From a virus: a DNA stretch of 64,000 bases. The translations under genes and the position numbers were made by a program. The notes beneath the pieces were generated by a model. The model was not told the origin of the DNA. It did not search any database and saw nothing but the letters and a program-made list of their open reading frames with translations. This document shows positions 46,966 to 56,750 of the stretch, in pieces. The stretch spans positions 96,001-160,000 of IMG/VR virus record IMGVR_UViG_3300035670_000014; one strand, 5' to 3'. How positions within the stretch are numbered: position 1 is the stretch's first letter; each line of letters begins with the position of its first letter.

Positions 46966-48420
46966 TTATGCAGCCTTCTTTGCGTAGCGGGCCAGGACAT
47001 CCGCAAACTTAAAGTTTGCGCTGCCTCCGACCTTGCTGGCTGCTGCCCAGTCTTCAGTGAGCGTAAGGTCCATGAAGACCTCCGACTCCTGGCTGGCCAG
47101 CCAAGCCTGGCGCTTTGCTTCGCGCTCAAGCTCCTTGATGGTGCGGCGGTGAGCCGCAGCCTTCTGGTTCATGACCAGTCGGTAGCCACGGAAGCTCAGA
47201 ACCCGCAGGTTCTTTGGCCCGGTGATGCTGTCCGTCGTCATTGCCCAGACGAGCCTTTCGATCTGCTCGTTGATGCAGGCAATGTCGCTTCGCAGCGATT
47301 CGGTCGCCAGGAAAGCTGCCTTCTTGGGAAGGCGGGTGAAGGCCTGCGTGACCTTCTCCTGCACTTCTGCGCGGCTAGCCAACAGGCTTCCAATCTTGGC
47401 CATCACGACGGCCACAATCGACCGGCGGCGAGCAGCGAGGGCCTTAGCGGCCTTGATCTGTGCCTCGGTCTGGACCTGACGCCAGGCCGGGGCAGCTGCT
47501 GCTGCCTTTGCGGCCGCCTTGCCCTTGCGGGTCATGGCAGCGCGCTGAGCCGGAGTGGTCTCCGGTGCAGTAACAACGTGTGCCCAGCGAGCGCGGGCAG
47601 GAGCCTTCGGAGCAGTTGCCACTGCCTTGGGTGCCAGCACGTCGCTGGCGATGAGGCGAGCACGACTAGCCGTGCTGACCTTCTTAGCCATGGTGGCCCG
47701 CTCTGCAAGAGAGCAGGCTTCCCAGAAGCCAAGAAAACTGAAGATGGCCTTGACGAAGGCCTTCTCAGCTGCACGCTGAGTGCGTGCAGCAAGCTTTGCC
47801 TCAGCGCGGGCTTGCGCCTTTGCTGCAGCGGGGCTGACGGTAGCCTGGGAGTCCAGGTCGCCGGTCGAGGTGCTGTGGTCAGCGTGCTTCGATCGGTCCA
47901 TGATGACCAAAGGAAGCACACGAAGGGGTGCCGGGGCCGCCGGTACGGTGGCCTTCCGGCCGTAGATGTTTTCGCGGACCGCAATCCGGTCCGCATTGGC
48001 AAGCACCTTAAGTGCCGCCAATGAAGGAATAAGGTTTGCCACGGTAACCTCCTTGCTCATAGAGCATTTGATGCCAACTAAACGCCCAACAACGGGCTGA
48101 TTAGCTTTCTCTGTGGCAGAGAAATGACCACTATGGTCAAGGCAATAGTCGACTGGGATTTGAACCCCATTAACTCCACAGTTGGAGCTATCAACTTTGG
48201 GCCAAGTGCAAGGCCCAATGGTATCTGTCTGGCACTTCAAACAATTGCCGCTCGTTGCCAAAGTGGCATCCTGTGAGCGGGTTGAGCAGAAGCCCATGCT
48301 GGTCAGGCACTGGAGGAGAAAGACCGAGGCTTGACCAGAGCCTCGGTTTGCCCAGTTGCCCTGGGCGGGGGCGCAGCCAAGGGTGGCTGCCACCGCGAGA
48401 ATGATCTCGCAGGTGTTCAT
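46966..48420 (-). CDS. Ala/Lys/Arg-rich basic hypothetical protein
   Basis: Long ORF; start uncertain (48420 with GGAGG, or 48060). Confidence 0.55.
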   Translation of the reverse strand: MNTCEIILAVAATLGCAPAQGNWANRGSGQASVFLLQCLTSMGFCSTRSQDATLATSGNCLKCQTDTIGPCTWPKVDSSNCGVNGVQIPVDYCLDHSGHFSATEKANQPVVGRLVGIKCSMSKEVTVANLIPSLAALKVLANADRIAVRENIYGRKATVPAAPAPLRVLPLVIMDRSKHADHSTSTGDLDSQATVSPAAAKAQARAEAKLAARTQRAAEKAFVKAIFSFLGFWEACSLAERATMAKKVSTASRARLIASDVLAPKAVATAPKAPARARWAHVVTAPETTPAQRAAMTRKGKAAAKAAAAAPAWRQVQTEAQIKAAKALAARRRSIVAVVMAKIGSLLASRAEVQEKVTQAFTRLPKKAAFLATESLRSDIACINEQIERLVWAMTTDSITGPKNLRVLSFRGYRLVMNQKAAAHRRTIKELEREAKRQAWLASQESEVFMDLTLTEDWAAASKVGGSANFKFADVLARYAKKAA

Positions 48421-48707
48421 GATCACTTATTACCTCCAAGGGTAAATGAAGTTTAGGAGTAGCAGCAGGATTGCTACTATCCAGGGCTAGGATCACGGCC
48501 CAAGACCAAAGTGTCATGTCTTTGACACTATGGGTCTCATATTAAATGAAAAAAGAATGGAATACATCTTCTAGAAGAAGAATGAACTCCAATTCCCCGC
48601 GAAGATAAATGCCAATGGCAAATGTCTCCTGTGAGATTATAAGTCTCATATTAAATAAAAAAGGAATGGAAATTAATCCATTCCTTCCCCCTGACCTCAC
48701 CTAAGCG

Positions 48708-48854
48708 TTATTCAACGCAAAGGCGGGTCAGTTCATCAGGCGGGCAGTGGTGGTTGTACTCCTGCGCGTTCCACACATGCAGCGCGATAGCTGCAGCGAG
48801 AACCACCAGGAAAAATACCACCGTTACCAACCGATCGACAAACACCTTGTCCAT
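48708..48854 (-). CDS. small membrane peptide
   Basis: GGAGG RBS, one TM segment. Confidence 0.55.
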   Translation of the reverse strand: MDKVFVDRLVTVVFFLVVLAAAIALHVWNAQEYNHHCPPDELTRLCVE

Positions 48855-48978
48855 AACTCCTCCGATGGTTAACCTATACACCATAAGGTAAGGGATTAAC
48901 AGAGAATGAGACGACATGTCTCATTCCCCATGAAAAAAGAATGCAACCAGGCCGAAGCCTGGCTGCATTCTTCAAACT

Positions 48979-49416
48979 TTATGCCCAGTTTCTACTCTTG
49001 GCCTTGAGGGGCCTGTGGTACCTGGGCTCCGGTGGTGGGAGCTTTGCCGGCTCCCACTCCTGGGCCCAGGCCAGTCGCTCTTCCGCCTCCCGCTCCAAGC
49101 GGGCCCGGAGGCGGCGGTCGGCCTCCGCCTCTTCCCGGGCGGCCTTGGCCGCCTGGGCCTCCCGCACCAGGCGGGCGTCTTTCGACGCCCACTCATTTTC
49201 CCAGGCCGAGCACCTGGGTACGTAGTCGGGCATTGGGGCCTGCGCCCAGAGTGGGCGCTGGTCCTTGGGTGCGGGGGCCGGGGCAGGTGCGGCGGCGGTA
49301 GTGCTGGTGGTTGCGGTGGGGGTGGTGGCGGTGATGGCAGCCATGGCCCGAGCTTCTGCTCGGGCAACGATGACTATGACTACGACGACAATAACAACGA
49401 TGATGTCAAGCAACAT
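48979..49416 (-). CDS. membrane-anchored Ala/Pro-rich protein
   Basis: N-terminal Val/Ile TM segment; GGGAG RBS supplied by the repeat. Confidence 0.65.
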   Translation of the reverse strand: MLLDIIVVIVVVVIVIVARAEARAMAAITATTPTATTSTTAAAPAPAPAPKDQRPLWAQAPMPDYVPRCSAWENEWASKDARLVREAQAAKAAREEAEADRRLRARLEREAEERLAWAQEWEPAKLPPPEPRYHRPLKAKSRNWA

Positions 49417-49542
49417 GAGCGAAACTCCCGACTAGTACCTACTAGCCTTAATGGGATGGATAGGAAATGAGACAGAATGTCTCATTCCCCATGAAAAAAG
49501 AATGCAACCAGGCCGAAGCCTGGCTGCATTCTTCAATCTTCC

Positions 49543-49728
49543 TTACTTAGCCCGAGTCCTCCAGGCATGAAGGAACTTAACTGGATGCATTACTGCATCC
49601 AAAAAGTCAAGGAAAGTGACCGGGTCTGCGCCCAGGTGGGCCCATGCCCACTCCGCGACGACGTAGATCAGGAAGGCCACCGATGCCAGAACGAGGATAG
49701 AAACAGCCACCAAGAACAATGTGAACAT
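49543..49728 (-). CDS. small membrane protein
   Basis: One TM segment; RBS supplied by the repeat. Confidence 0.65.
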   Translation of the reverse strand: MFTLFLVAVSILVLASVAFLIYVVAEWAWAHLGADPVTFLDFLDAVMHPVKFLHAWRTRAK

Positions 49729-49853
49729 GGCGAACTCCCGGCTAGCGACACGCTAGCCTTATTGGGATCAATAGGAAATGAGACAGAATGTCTCATTCCC
49801 CATGAAAAAAGAATGCAACCAGGCCGAAGCCTGGCTGCATTCTTTAATCTTAC

Positions 49854-50156
49854 TTACCAGCTATCGACAAAAGCGTCGACAAGCTGACCCCAGGTCACCC
49901 AGTCCTGGCACGCCAACCCAAGCTCGTCGTGCCAGCCCAGGTCGGGGTCCATGCCCCCGAGCTCGCTGAGGATCACGACTGTGTCCCACATTGCGCCAGA
50001 TGGAGTTCCCTTGAAGAGGAACTCGGCCGTCAGGCGGTCGATCCCATGGGGGCCGACGTAACCCACTGTAAAATCTCCGCTGTAGCTGAGGATGTTGGGG
50101 CAGTAGCCCAGCAGGATGCGGGTGGCGGTGATGGTGGTGGTAGTGGTGTTCTGCAT
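49854..50156 (-). CDS. hypothetical protein
   Basis: Start MQNTTT; RBS supplied by the repeat. Confidence 0.65.
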   Translation of the reverse strand: MQNTTTTTITATRILLGYCPNILSYSGDFTVGYVGPHGIDRLTAEFLFKGTPSGAMWDTVVILSELGGMDPDLGWHDELGLACQDWVTWGQLVDAFVDSW

Positions 50157-50284
50157 GGCGAAACTCCCGGCTAGCGACACGCTAGCCATGATGGGATGGA
50201 TAGGAAATGAGACAGAATGTCTCATTCCCCATGAAAAAAGAATGCAACCAGGCCGAAGCCTGGTTGCACCTTTAATCTTAGACC

Positions 50285-50626
50285 TTACTTCCTAGCAAGG
50301 CAGGCACTCATTGCCTGCCAGTGTTGGTCGAGAGTGGGGCGAGCAAAGCCAACCTCCACTTCGTTGTAGGACATCATTGAAACTGGGGATCCGTCCTCCC
50401 TACAGGAAAGGACGGCCAAAACGCCGTCCTTTCGGTGAAGTGATTTTACCCATCCCGCTCCGGGCACTGCCCAAAGAACAATTCCCTGGTTGATGCGGTG
50501 AGCATCAAACCAGATGGTGTTGGCGAGGGGGCTGCAGATCTCGCTGTTAGCGACGGCGTGGTCGGCCTCGGTGATGATCTGTGCGGCGTTGGGAACAATG
50601 AGAGCGATGATGGTAGCGTTCAACAT
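50285..50626 (-). CDS. hypothetical protein
   Basis: AGGAG RBS. Confidence 0.65.
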   Translation of the reverse strand: MLNATIIALIVPNAAQIITEADHAVANSEICSPLANTIWFDAHRINQGIVLWAVPGAGWVKSLHRKDGVLAVLSCREDGSPVSMMSYNEVEVGFARPTLDQHWQAMSACLARK

Positions 50627-50730
50627 GAGAGACTCCTATGCCAGTTAACCTAATACACTGGCAGGTCGAAAGTTTCCAGGGGGTGGGCTCGGAATTAAGC
50701 CTATATCCCTGGTGCCATAATCGGCATAGT

Positions 50731-50910
50731 ACCCTCTCATCCACATTTTTTACCTTTTCCATAAGGCCCTATAAGGTCCACCCAAGACCCTCTCATCCAC
50801 ATTTTTCACTACTTCTATAAGCTCCCTATGGCCCAGTCTCAAGCTACCTCGAACCCACCTATCTACATTTTTTAACGCCCCCTAAGGCCCCATAAGGCCC
50901 ACCTGAACTA
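50731..50910. repeat. Three degenerate ~56-66-bp direct repeats at the strand switch
   Basis: ACCCTCTCATCCACATTTTT...TAAGGCCC.ATAAGG units at 50731, 50787 and 50853. Confidence 0.7.
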
Positions 50911-51090
50911 TCCTAGGGCCCACTTGTCCATATATAATACTGTGTCAATATTTAGGAGGGGGTGGGGTGTGAGAAAATAAATAAGGAAATTTGCTATGGA
51001 GATTTTTAGATTTTTTTTAGTAAGATTTCGCCCATATGTAATAGGAGTTTTTATTCTTCTAGAACCATATTGATTTGTTGAAGCGAGTTT

Positions 51091-51348
51091 ATGAATACAC
51101 AGATTGAAAGAAATGATTTACTCAGACTCAGCCTTAAGGCTTACAGTTTATCAGCTATGCTTAGTAATGGGGCTATGGGCATAGTAGCAGGTAATTTTCT
51201 TAAGAAGCGTTACTTCTGTCCTATGGTTATCTCTGGAATGAAAGATCTACAGGACATGGTAGAGATTGGTAAGGTGAAGAAGGAATTACTTGAGCTTGTA
51301 GATTTAATTGATAAACTTGAAGGTAGAGAGATTAGCAATGACGAATAG
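51091..51348 (+). CDS. hypothetical protein
   Basis: First ORF of the plus-strand block. Confidence 0.5.
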   Translation: MNTQIERNDLLRLSLKAYSLSAMLSNGAMGIVAGNFLKKRYFCPMVISGMKDLQDMVEIGKVKKELLELVDLIDKLEGREISNDE

Positions 51349-52420
51349 AGGAACTGAGAAAGCTAAAGCCAGAGGAGAGACTTCGTCTCTCAGTCCAGAA
51401 GAAAGGAAAGCAGAAAGGCACAGGAAAGCCATGGCAAAGTACATGGCAAAGAGAAGGCAAAAGGAGAAGGAAGCCAGACAGATTCTGGCCAGGGAAGAGA
51501 AGGCAAAGCAAGCGGCCGAAAAGGAGGAAATTGCAAAAAATCTGGAGGAACAAATTGCAAGTGTTCCCCCTGGGAAGCATTTTGCAACAGAGTTGCAAAA
51601 GAAGAACTCCTTAAATGAATTAGATTTTGGCCGCGTTTTAAATGATGCTTTAACTGTAATTGAACCTTCTCAGGTAAATGTAGAAGAGTTCTTCAGTTTT
51701 CTGGAGTTGAACAAATATAATGAGACCCTTTATAAGGGCATAACCATGACCAGGGCCATGGCAGAGGGAATTAAGAATCACCTCATGGCAATGAAGCATG
51801 GTACTTACAGTGCTGTTCCTTTACTCTGTAAAGGTGGTCTTAAGTGTCCCATGGTCAGTCAGTGTTGGTTTGCTCACAGGGATGATGATGGTCAAATAGA
51901 TCATGAGAAATCTACATACCCTTTATTTAAACCTTGTCCTGTAGAGTCTGGAATTATTGAGTTAAAGATTAGACAATATATTAGTGAACACCTGGGGAAT
52001 AACATGAACATTACTCCCAGTGTTATGAATCTTATTTCCCGGCTTGCTGAGTTGGATATATATGAAATAAGAGCTGACATATTACTTAGTACCGGTTCTG
52101 CTCTTAGCTCGGATGGGCAGAATCTCCTTATTACCGTGGTTGATGCAATAAATCAAAAAAGCGGGGAGGCATTCTTCACCGTAAAAGAGCATCCTGCCTT
52201 GGTAATCAAAGAGAAGCTACAGAATCAAAAAGATCGACTTATGAAAAGTCTGCTTAGTACACCTGAAGCTAAGCTTGCTATGGCAGCTAAGCTTAAAGGT
52301 ACAAGTGAAAAATCTGATCAGACAAACATATTAACTCAGATTGCAACTACCCTGAAAAAGAATGCATCAAAAGTAGATTCTTATTGGGACGTTGATTTAA
52401 TTGATCCAGAGGATCTATGA
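51338..52420 (+). CDS. hypothetical protein, possible terminase small subunit
   Basis: Cys cluster C-x5-C-x5-C...CPVE, KEHPAL..KE; lies upstream of terL. Confidence 0.4.
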   Translation: MTNRGTEKAKARGETSSLSPEERKAERHRKAMAKYMAKRRQKEKEARQILAREEKAKQAAEKEEIAKNLEEQIASVPPGKHFATELQKKNSLNELDFGRVLNDALTVIEPSQVNVEEFFSFLELNKYNETLYKGITMTRAMAEGIKNHLMAMKHGTYSAVPLLCKGGLKCPMVSQCWFAHRDDDGQIDHEKSTYPLFKPCPVESGIIELKIRQYISEHLGNNMNITPSVMNLISRLAELDIYEIRADILLSTGSALSSDGQNLLITVVDAINQKSGEAFFTVKEHPALVIKEKLQNQKDRLMKSLLSTPEAKLAMAAKLKGTSEKSDQTNILTQIATTLKKNASKVDSYWDVDLIDPEDL

Positions 52421-55400
52421 TAGATAAGGACTTACTCGATAAGCTTGGAAGCGTCACCAGCGTTGCAAAAATGCGCATTCTGATGCAGGGAATACAAGAT
52501 AAGGATACAGACATAGGTACGATAAGAACCATGTCTAAAGAGGCATTTGAGGCCATTAAATTCGATCTTGCAACCGGGCACTTAAAGGCGATGAGACACC
52601 TTACTCTCGGAGTAAGTCCTGAGATTAGAAATGCTTTACTTCTAGATATTGAAGGTGGAGGTATTGACAGATTTGCTCCTGTTCTTCAGATTGCTGTTGG
52701 TACAGTTGGTCTTGATTCTACTGAGACTAAATATAGCTTTGTAGATAAAGCTGGACAAATAACTGAAGATTCTAGTAAGGCTATACAGGAACTTGAACTG
52801 TTGCCTGTTTCTCACATTAAAGATGTAGAAGAGGTTATTGATCAAAATAGGTCGGGTTATAAAACAGCGACCTATAAAGGTCGCAGGGAGATGTATTTAT
52901 CTCAGCAAGCCTATACTCAGAATGTAATGAATTCTGGATGGGTGTTTAATGCTTCAGAAAAGTCTGATGCGTTAAAGACAAGAGCCCTTTATGAGTACCT
53001 AGAAACCTTACCTGAAAATGAAAAACTTGCTAAGTTAAAGGAAGGCTTTGAAAAAGGTAGCTTTGAATTTACAGATAGAGCTGGAAAGGTTCAAAGGTTA
53101 TATACTCCGAGAGAAGCTGCAATTCGAGTTCTAGAAAGTCTCCTTGACATGAGGAATAAGAATGGCGCAGTAATTGGCGCTAATATTCAGTTCGACTCCG
53201 AAAGACTCATGACCCTTATAGGGTCCTACATCAAAGAAGAAGATGGATCTATTAATGCTCATAGATTCTCCAGTGAAACTACACTGGTAGATGAAGCGGG
53301 CAGGCGAATTGATGTTATTGAACAGGCAATTAATAACGATCCCCGTATAACTAAATTCTTTGGAGGGCAAGCCATAAAGGGCTTTGAAGACATCAGAGCA
53401 ATGATGTCTTCAACCTACAAAAACCCCGGCAAGACTAACATACTTGACCCGACCCAGACAAGATATAGAAGTAAAGTTGCTAGACTAAACCAGCTAGGTG
53501 CTGGTTATATGTCTTCTCTGTATCTCAAGTTATTTGAATCTGAACTAAGAGATAAAGGCTTAAGCTCAATAGACCAGCAAGATGTAACAGCAAGGGCAAT
53601 CTATAGTGCTGCATCTATGTTGACCAGAGACAAGGCACTTGAACAAGCGCAACTTAAAGATCAAGCAATAAGAATAGCAGATCAAAATAGAGCTTCAAAG
53701 ATATATGGCCTGAATATTCCAGACTCTGAGTCGATGCTTCCCCGAGGTGGAATACTGGATACCACGGATCCAGTAGAAGGTCAAGTTAGAAGGCTTGGTG
53801 TAGGAAGTAGAAATGTAAAAGCATTATTAGATGATACCTTTTCACTAACAAGTGTTCAGTATAACCTCAGTGTTCTTTTTCCTGAAGCAGCAAAACAAGC
53901 TCACACTGCTGGACAGGACCTAGTAGATCAGTTAAAAATTCTTAATAAAGTAAATCCAGTAGCTAGATTCCTTGCAACAAATGCAGGGCTATATCAAGCT
54001 GGTGGTTTTGTAAATTCAACACTAGCATTTTTAAGAGAAACTGCTGCTGTTCTAAATACAGAAACTAGAGAAGAAATAGAAAGTGTATGGAAGCTTTTTA
54101 CAACAAAAGCTGTTGATGTAAGTTACTATGATTTTATTTCTAAAAAAAATATAACAGGACCACTAGCTCAGGTCAAAAAGTATAGAAGCTTGCAAAGAGC
54201 AATGTTCCAACTTCAAGAGTCCATGGAGATATGGACTGCTAGTTTAGATGAGATAGAAAGAGGTGAAGTAAAGTCTACTTTATTAGCTAGAGATGCAACT
54301 GGAAAAGTAATTATTAATGAAGTAGATGGCAAAAGAGTACCAAAGATGGAGGAAGGATTTACTTTAACACAAGTAAAGACAACATCAAAGCAAATGGTAA
54401 GAGCAGATGGTCTTACCATTACTGAGTTAAGAAATGTAGGTAGAGATTACACAGTAGAAAATAGAGCTAGGCTTTACTATGATTTTAAATTTTCCGAACT
54501 TGGACAGGATCCTAGTGGTCTAGACTACCAGACAAAAAGAGCAGAAGCTTTAAAATTCGCAACATCAGAAATTAGAAAAGAATATGCTGCCTTGCCAAAT
54601 GTAAAACAAAGTGGATTTACTATTGAAGATTTGGAAAGAATGTCTTCTGAAATCCAGGCAAGGTATGCTGATACAGGTGGCCCTGAGGAACTAAGAAGCC
54701 AGTTAGTTCAAGGAGGCAAGTCAACTAATGTAGAAACAAATCAAAGCTTAATTAAGCTTGGTGCAACTGAATATAAAGGAGAAATAAATATTGAAAGAGC
54801 ACTAACAGATCAAGCTATAAAAGCAGAAGGTGCAAGCAGGACGCTTGGAGGTCAAGCTTCAATGCTTCTAGACAGTTATACTTCTAATTATATTAGAAGA
54901 CATGCAGGAAAGATTGCTGGTGGAGCCATAGGCTTAGGTGCAGTTGGTGTTATGAGTGCTGATGCAGCATATGAGTTTATTACTAAAGATAATTATGATC
55001 CAAGTAGAGTATCAACTTTAGATATTATTGGAAGGAGAGATGAAATAGATCCATTCCTAAGTCAATTTACAGAAGCAAATGATAACTCTTCAGATTACGA
55101 ACCAAGTAGATTCCAGCAGCCATTTTATATGGCCTCAAAAGCTCTTAGAGCAATAAGTAATCTTGGTAATAGTTTTATGCCTCAAATGGAAGCTGATATA
55201 GGTCAATATTTAACTGGACCAAGTCAAGTAAATAACATGTCTTCTTCTTATTCAGGTATGGGAGTTGATCTTAATAAGTTTGATTTGTCCGTTGAAGACG
55301 CAGATACAGTTAAGCTTATAAGTAAGTCAAATGCAAATGCAGAATTTCAAGTTCGTTTCTCTGGTGTCGATACTCCAGAAACAAGGCACACTGGTGGTGG

Positions 55401-56724
55401 TAGTGGCCTAATTATAGGTGAAGGTAACGTTGGTCAGCCAATGGCCAACGAAGCTGCAAACTATACTAAAAACTTACTTCTATCAACAAAGAACTTGAGC
55501 CTTAGCCTTGGTGAGAAGGATGCATACGGTCGATATGTAGGTGTCTTTTCCTCAGGGAGAGGCAAGAACATTAATATGCAAATGGTTCAAGCTGGTGTAG
55601 GTCAAGCTTTGCCATGGGGTCCACAGAAGGTAGATACCATTAATCAGAAGGATTTCCTTTATGCAGAAAAACTTGCACAGCAAACTGAATCAGGAATACA
55701 TGGGTTAAGCTACTATAAGAAATATTATGAATCTCTCGAAGGTCGCTTCTCTAAGAGAACTTTTAATACCATTTCTCAAATTTCACCCAACAGAGACAGT
55801 AGAAATAACCCTGCTCTTTTTGCTGTAATGAATGCAGGCACCAGAGAACAAGCAAGAAGATTTAAGCAAGTAAGAGAGATGGATGAAAGGCTTAACAGAG
55901 AAGTCTTCTCTGAGTTATTTGGCACAGGTGGTGACTCAAGGCAACTTGAAGCACTAGGTCACCAGGGTATTGCCTGGCAGATAAGGCAACAGATGACAGA
56001 TTTCGGATCAGGCTATCGAGGACTTGACGGTTCACTTTTTAAGAGAATTACTAATATTTTTGATAAAGGATTTGAGCAATCTCCTGGTCATAGAATTTGG
56101 TATCAGAAAGATCACCTTGCAATAGTTCAAAGAATATCGGATGACTTACTAAAGACAAAAGGCGGGGATAAATTTGTATCAGATCACCTTGTCTGGATGC
56201 ACGACCTGCCTAAAGCCTTAAATATGGATAAAGACCATAGTGTTTCTTTTAGCTTACTAAAAGAGGCATATGGCAGTAAGGTAGCAAGTCAAATAACAAG
56301 GAACCTGGAGGAAGTAGACAACATCAAAGAGATGAGTCCACTGGAGTTAATGAAGCTTTCTGCTGATGTAAAGAATGTATCTACTGCAGATGCCATGTCT
56401 CACTACTCTACAGGAGAAGGCGGGTTCTTACAAATCTTCATGAATGAAAAAGGTCATTCACTTAAACTAGAAGATGTAATGGAATCCAATATTAAAAAGC
56501 TGGCCAAAGACCAAAAGAAAATACAGTATCAAGAATATAACCTTGATGATGTTTCATTTGAATATGGGAAAAATAATAGGATTACTGTAGAAGGAACTGT
56601 TCCCAGTTTAGTTACATCAAAATACATGGGTAACAGAGATGAGATCTTAAAAGATAATACTTACCTTACTTTGGCTGGAACCATGCAAAGAAATCCAGGT
56701 AGGTCAAGAACCAGAAGATCTTAA
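52417..56724 (+). CDS. Large multidomain protein: DEDD exonuclease-like, thermonuclease (SNase) and HD-like domains
   Basis: LLDIE/NIQFD/HTAGQD; DADT..VRFSGVDTPE..DAYGRYVG..SGIH; H..WMHD..AD. Confidence 0.7.
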   Translation: MIDKDLLDKLGSVTSVAKMRILMQGIQDKDTDIGTIRTMSKEAFEAIKFDLATGHLKAMRHLTLGVSPEIRNALLLDIEGGGIDRFAPVLQIAVGTVGLDSTETKYSFVDKAGQITEDSSKAIQELELLPVSHIKDVEEVIDQNRSGYKTATYKGRREMYLSQQAYTQNVMNSGWVFNASEKSDALKTRALYEYLETLPENEKLAKLKEGFEKGSFEFTDRAGKVQRLYTPREAAIRVLESLLDMRNKNGAVIGANIQFDSERLMTLIGSYIKEEDGSINAHRFSSETTLVDEAGRRIDVIEQAINNDPRITKFFGGQAIKGFEDIRAMMSSTYKNPGKTNILDPTQTRYRSKVARLNQLGAGYMSSLYLKLFESELRDKGLSSIDQQDVTARAIYSAASMLTRDKALEQAQLKDQAIRIADQNRASKIYGLNIPDSESMLPRGGILDTTDPVEGQVRRLGVGSRNVKALLDDTFSLTSVQYNLSVLFPEAAKQAHTAGQDLVDQLKILNKVNPVARFLATNAGLYQAGGFVNSTLAFLRETAAVLNTETREEIESVWKLFTTKAVDVSYYDFISKKNITGPLAQVKKYRSLQRAMFQLQESMEIWTASLDEIERGEVKSTLLARDATGKVIINEVDGKRVPKMEEGFTLTQVKTTSKQMVRADGLTITELRNVGRDYTVENRARLYYDFKFSELGQDPSGLDYQTKRAEALKFATSEIRKEYAALPNVKQSGFTIEDLERMSSEIQARYADTGGPEELRSQLVQGGKSTNVETNQSLIKLGATEYKGEINIERALTDQAIKAEGASRTLGGQASMLLDSYTSNYIRRHAGKIAGGAIGLGAVGVMSADAAYEFITKDNYDPSRVSTLDIIGRRDEIDPFLSQFTEANDNSSDYEPSRFQQPFYMASKALRAISNLGNSFMPQMEADIGQYLTGPSQVNNMSSSYSGMGVDLNKFDLSVEDADTVKLISKSNANAEFQVRFSGVDTPETRHTGGGSGLIIGEGNVGQPMANEAANYTKNLLLSTKNLSLSLGEKDAYGRYVGVFSSGRGKNINMQMVQAGVGQALPWGPQKVDTINQKDFLYAEKLAQQTESGIHGLSYYKKYYESLEGRFSKRTFNTISQISPNRDSRNNPALFAVMNAGTREQARRFKQVREMDERLNREVFSELFGTGGDSRQLEALGHQGIAWQIRQQMTDFGSGYRGLDGSLFKRITNIFDKGFEQSPGHRIWYQKDHLAIVQRISDDLLKTKGGDKFVSDHLVWMHDLPKALNMDKDHSVSFSLLKEAYGSKVASQITRNLEEVDNIKEMSPLELMKLSADVKNVSTADAMSHYSTGEGGFLQIFMNEKGHSLKLEDVMESNIKKLAKDQKKIQYQEYNLDDVSFEYGKNNRITVEGTVPSLVTSKYMGNRDEILKDNTYLTLAGTMQRNPGRSRTRRS

Positions 56725-56750
56725 GTTTAAGTAATAATTGGAGATATTAG

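Larger units (their letters stand above)
48904..50280 (-). repeat. Four copies of a terminator-hairpin-RBS intergenic cassette (48904-48976, 49414-49540, 49726-49851, 50154-50280)
   Basis: Near-identical AATGAGACA-GAA-TGTCTCATTCCCCATGAAAAAAGAATGCAACCAGGCCGAAGCCTGG. Confidence 0.92.

Noticed and set aside
39879-48024. Long plus-strand ORFs (e.g. 39879-41129, 43362-44579, 47149-48024) and 36695-37654
   Set aside because: Antisense shadows of GC-rich genes with strong codon bias; no motifs or RBS.
48904-50280. Possible CRISPR array
   Set aside because: Repeats are 70-125 bp, spacers are whole genes of variable length, and no cas genes are present.
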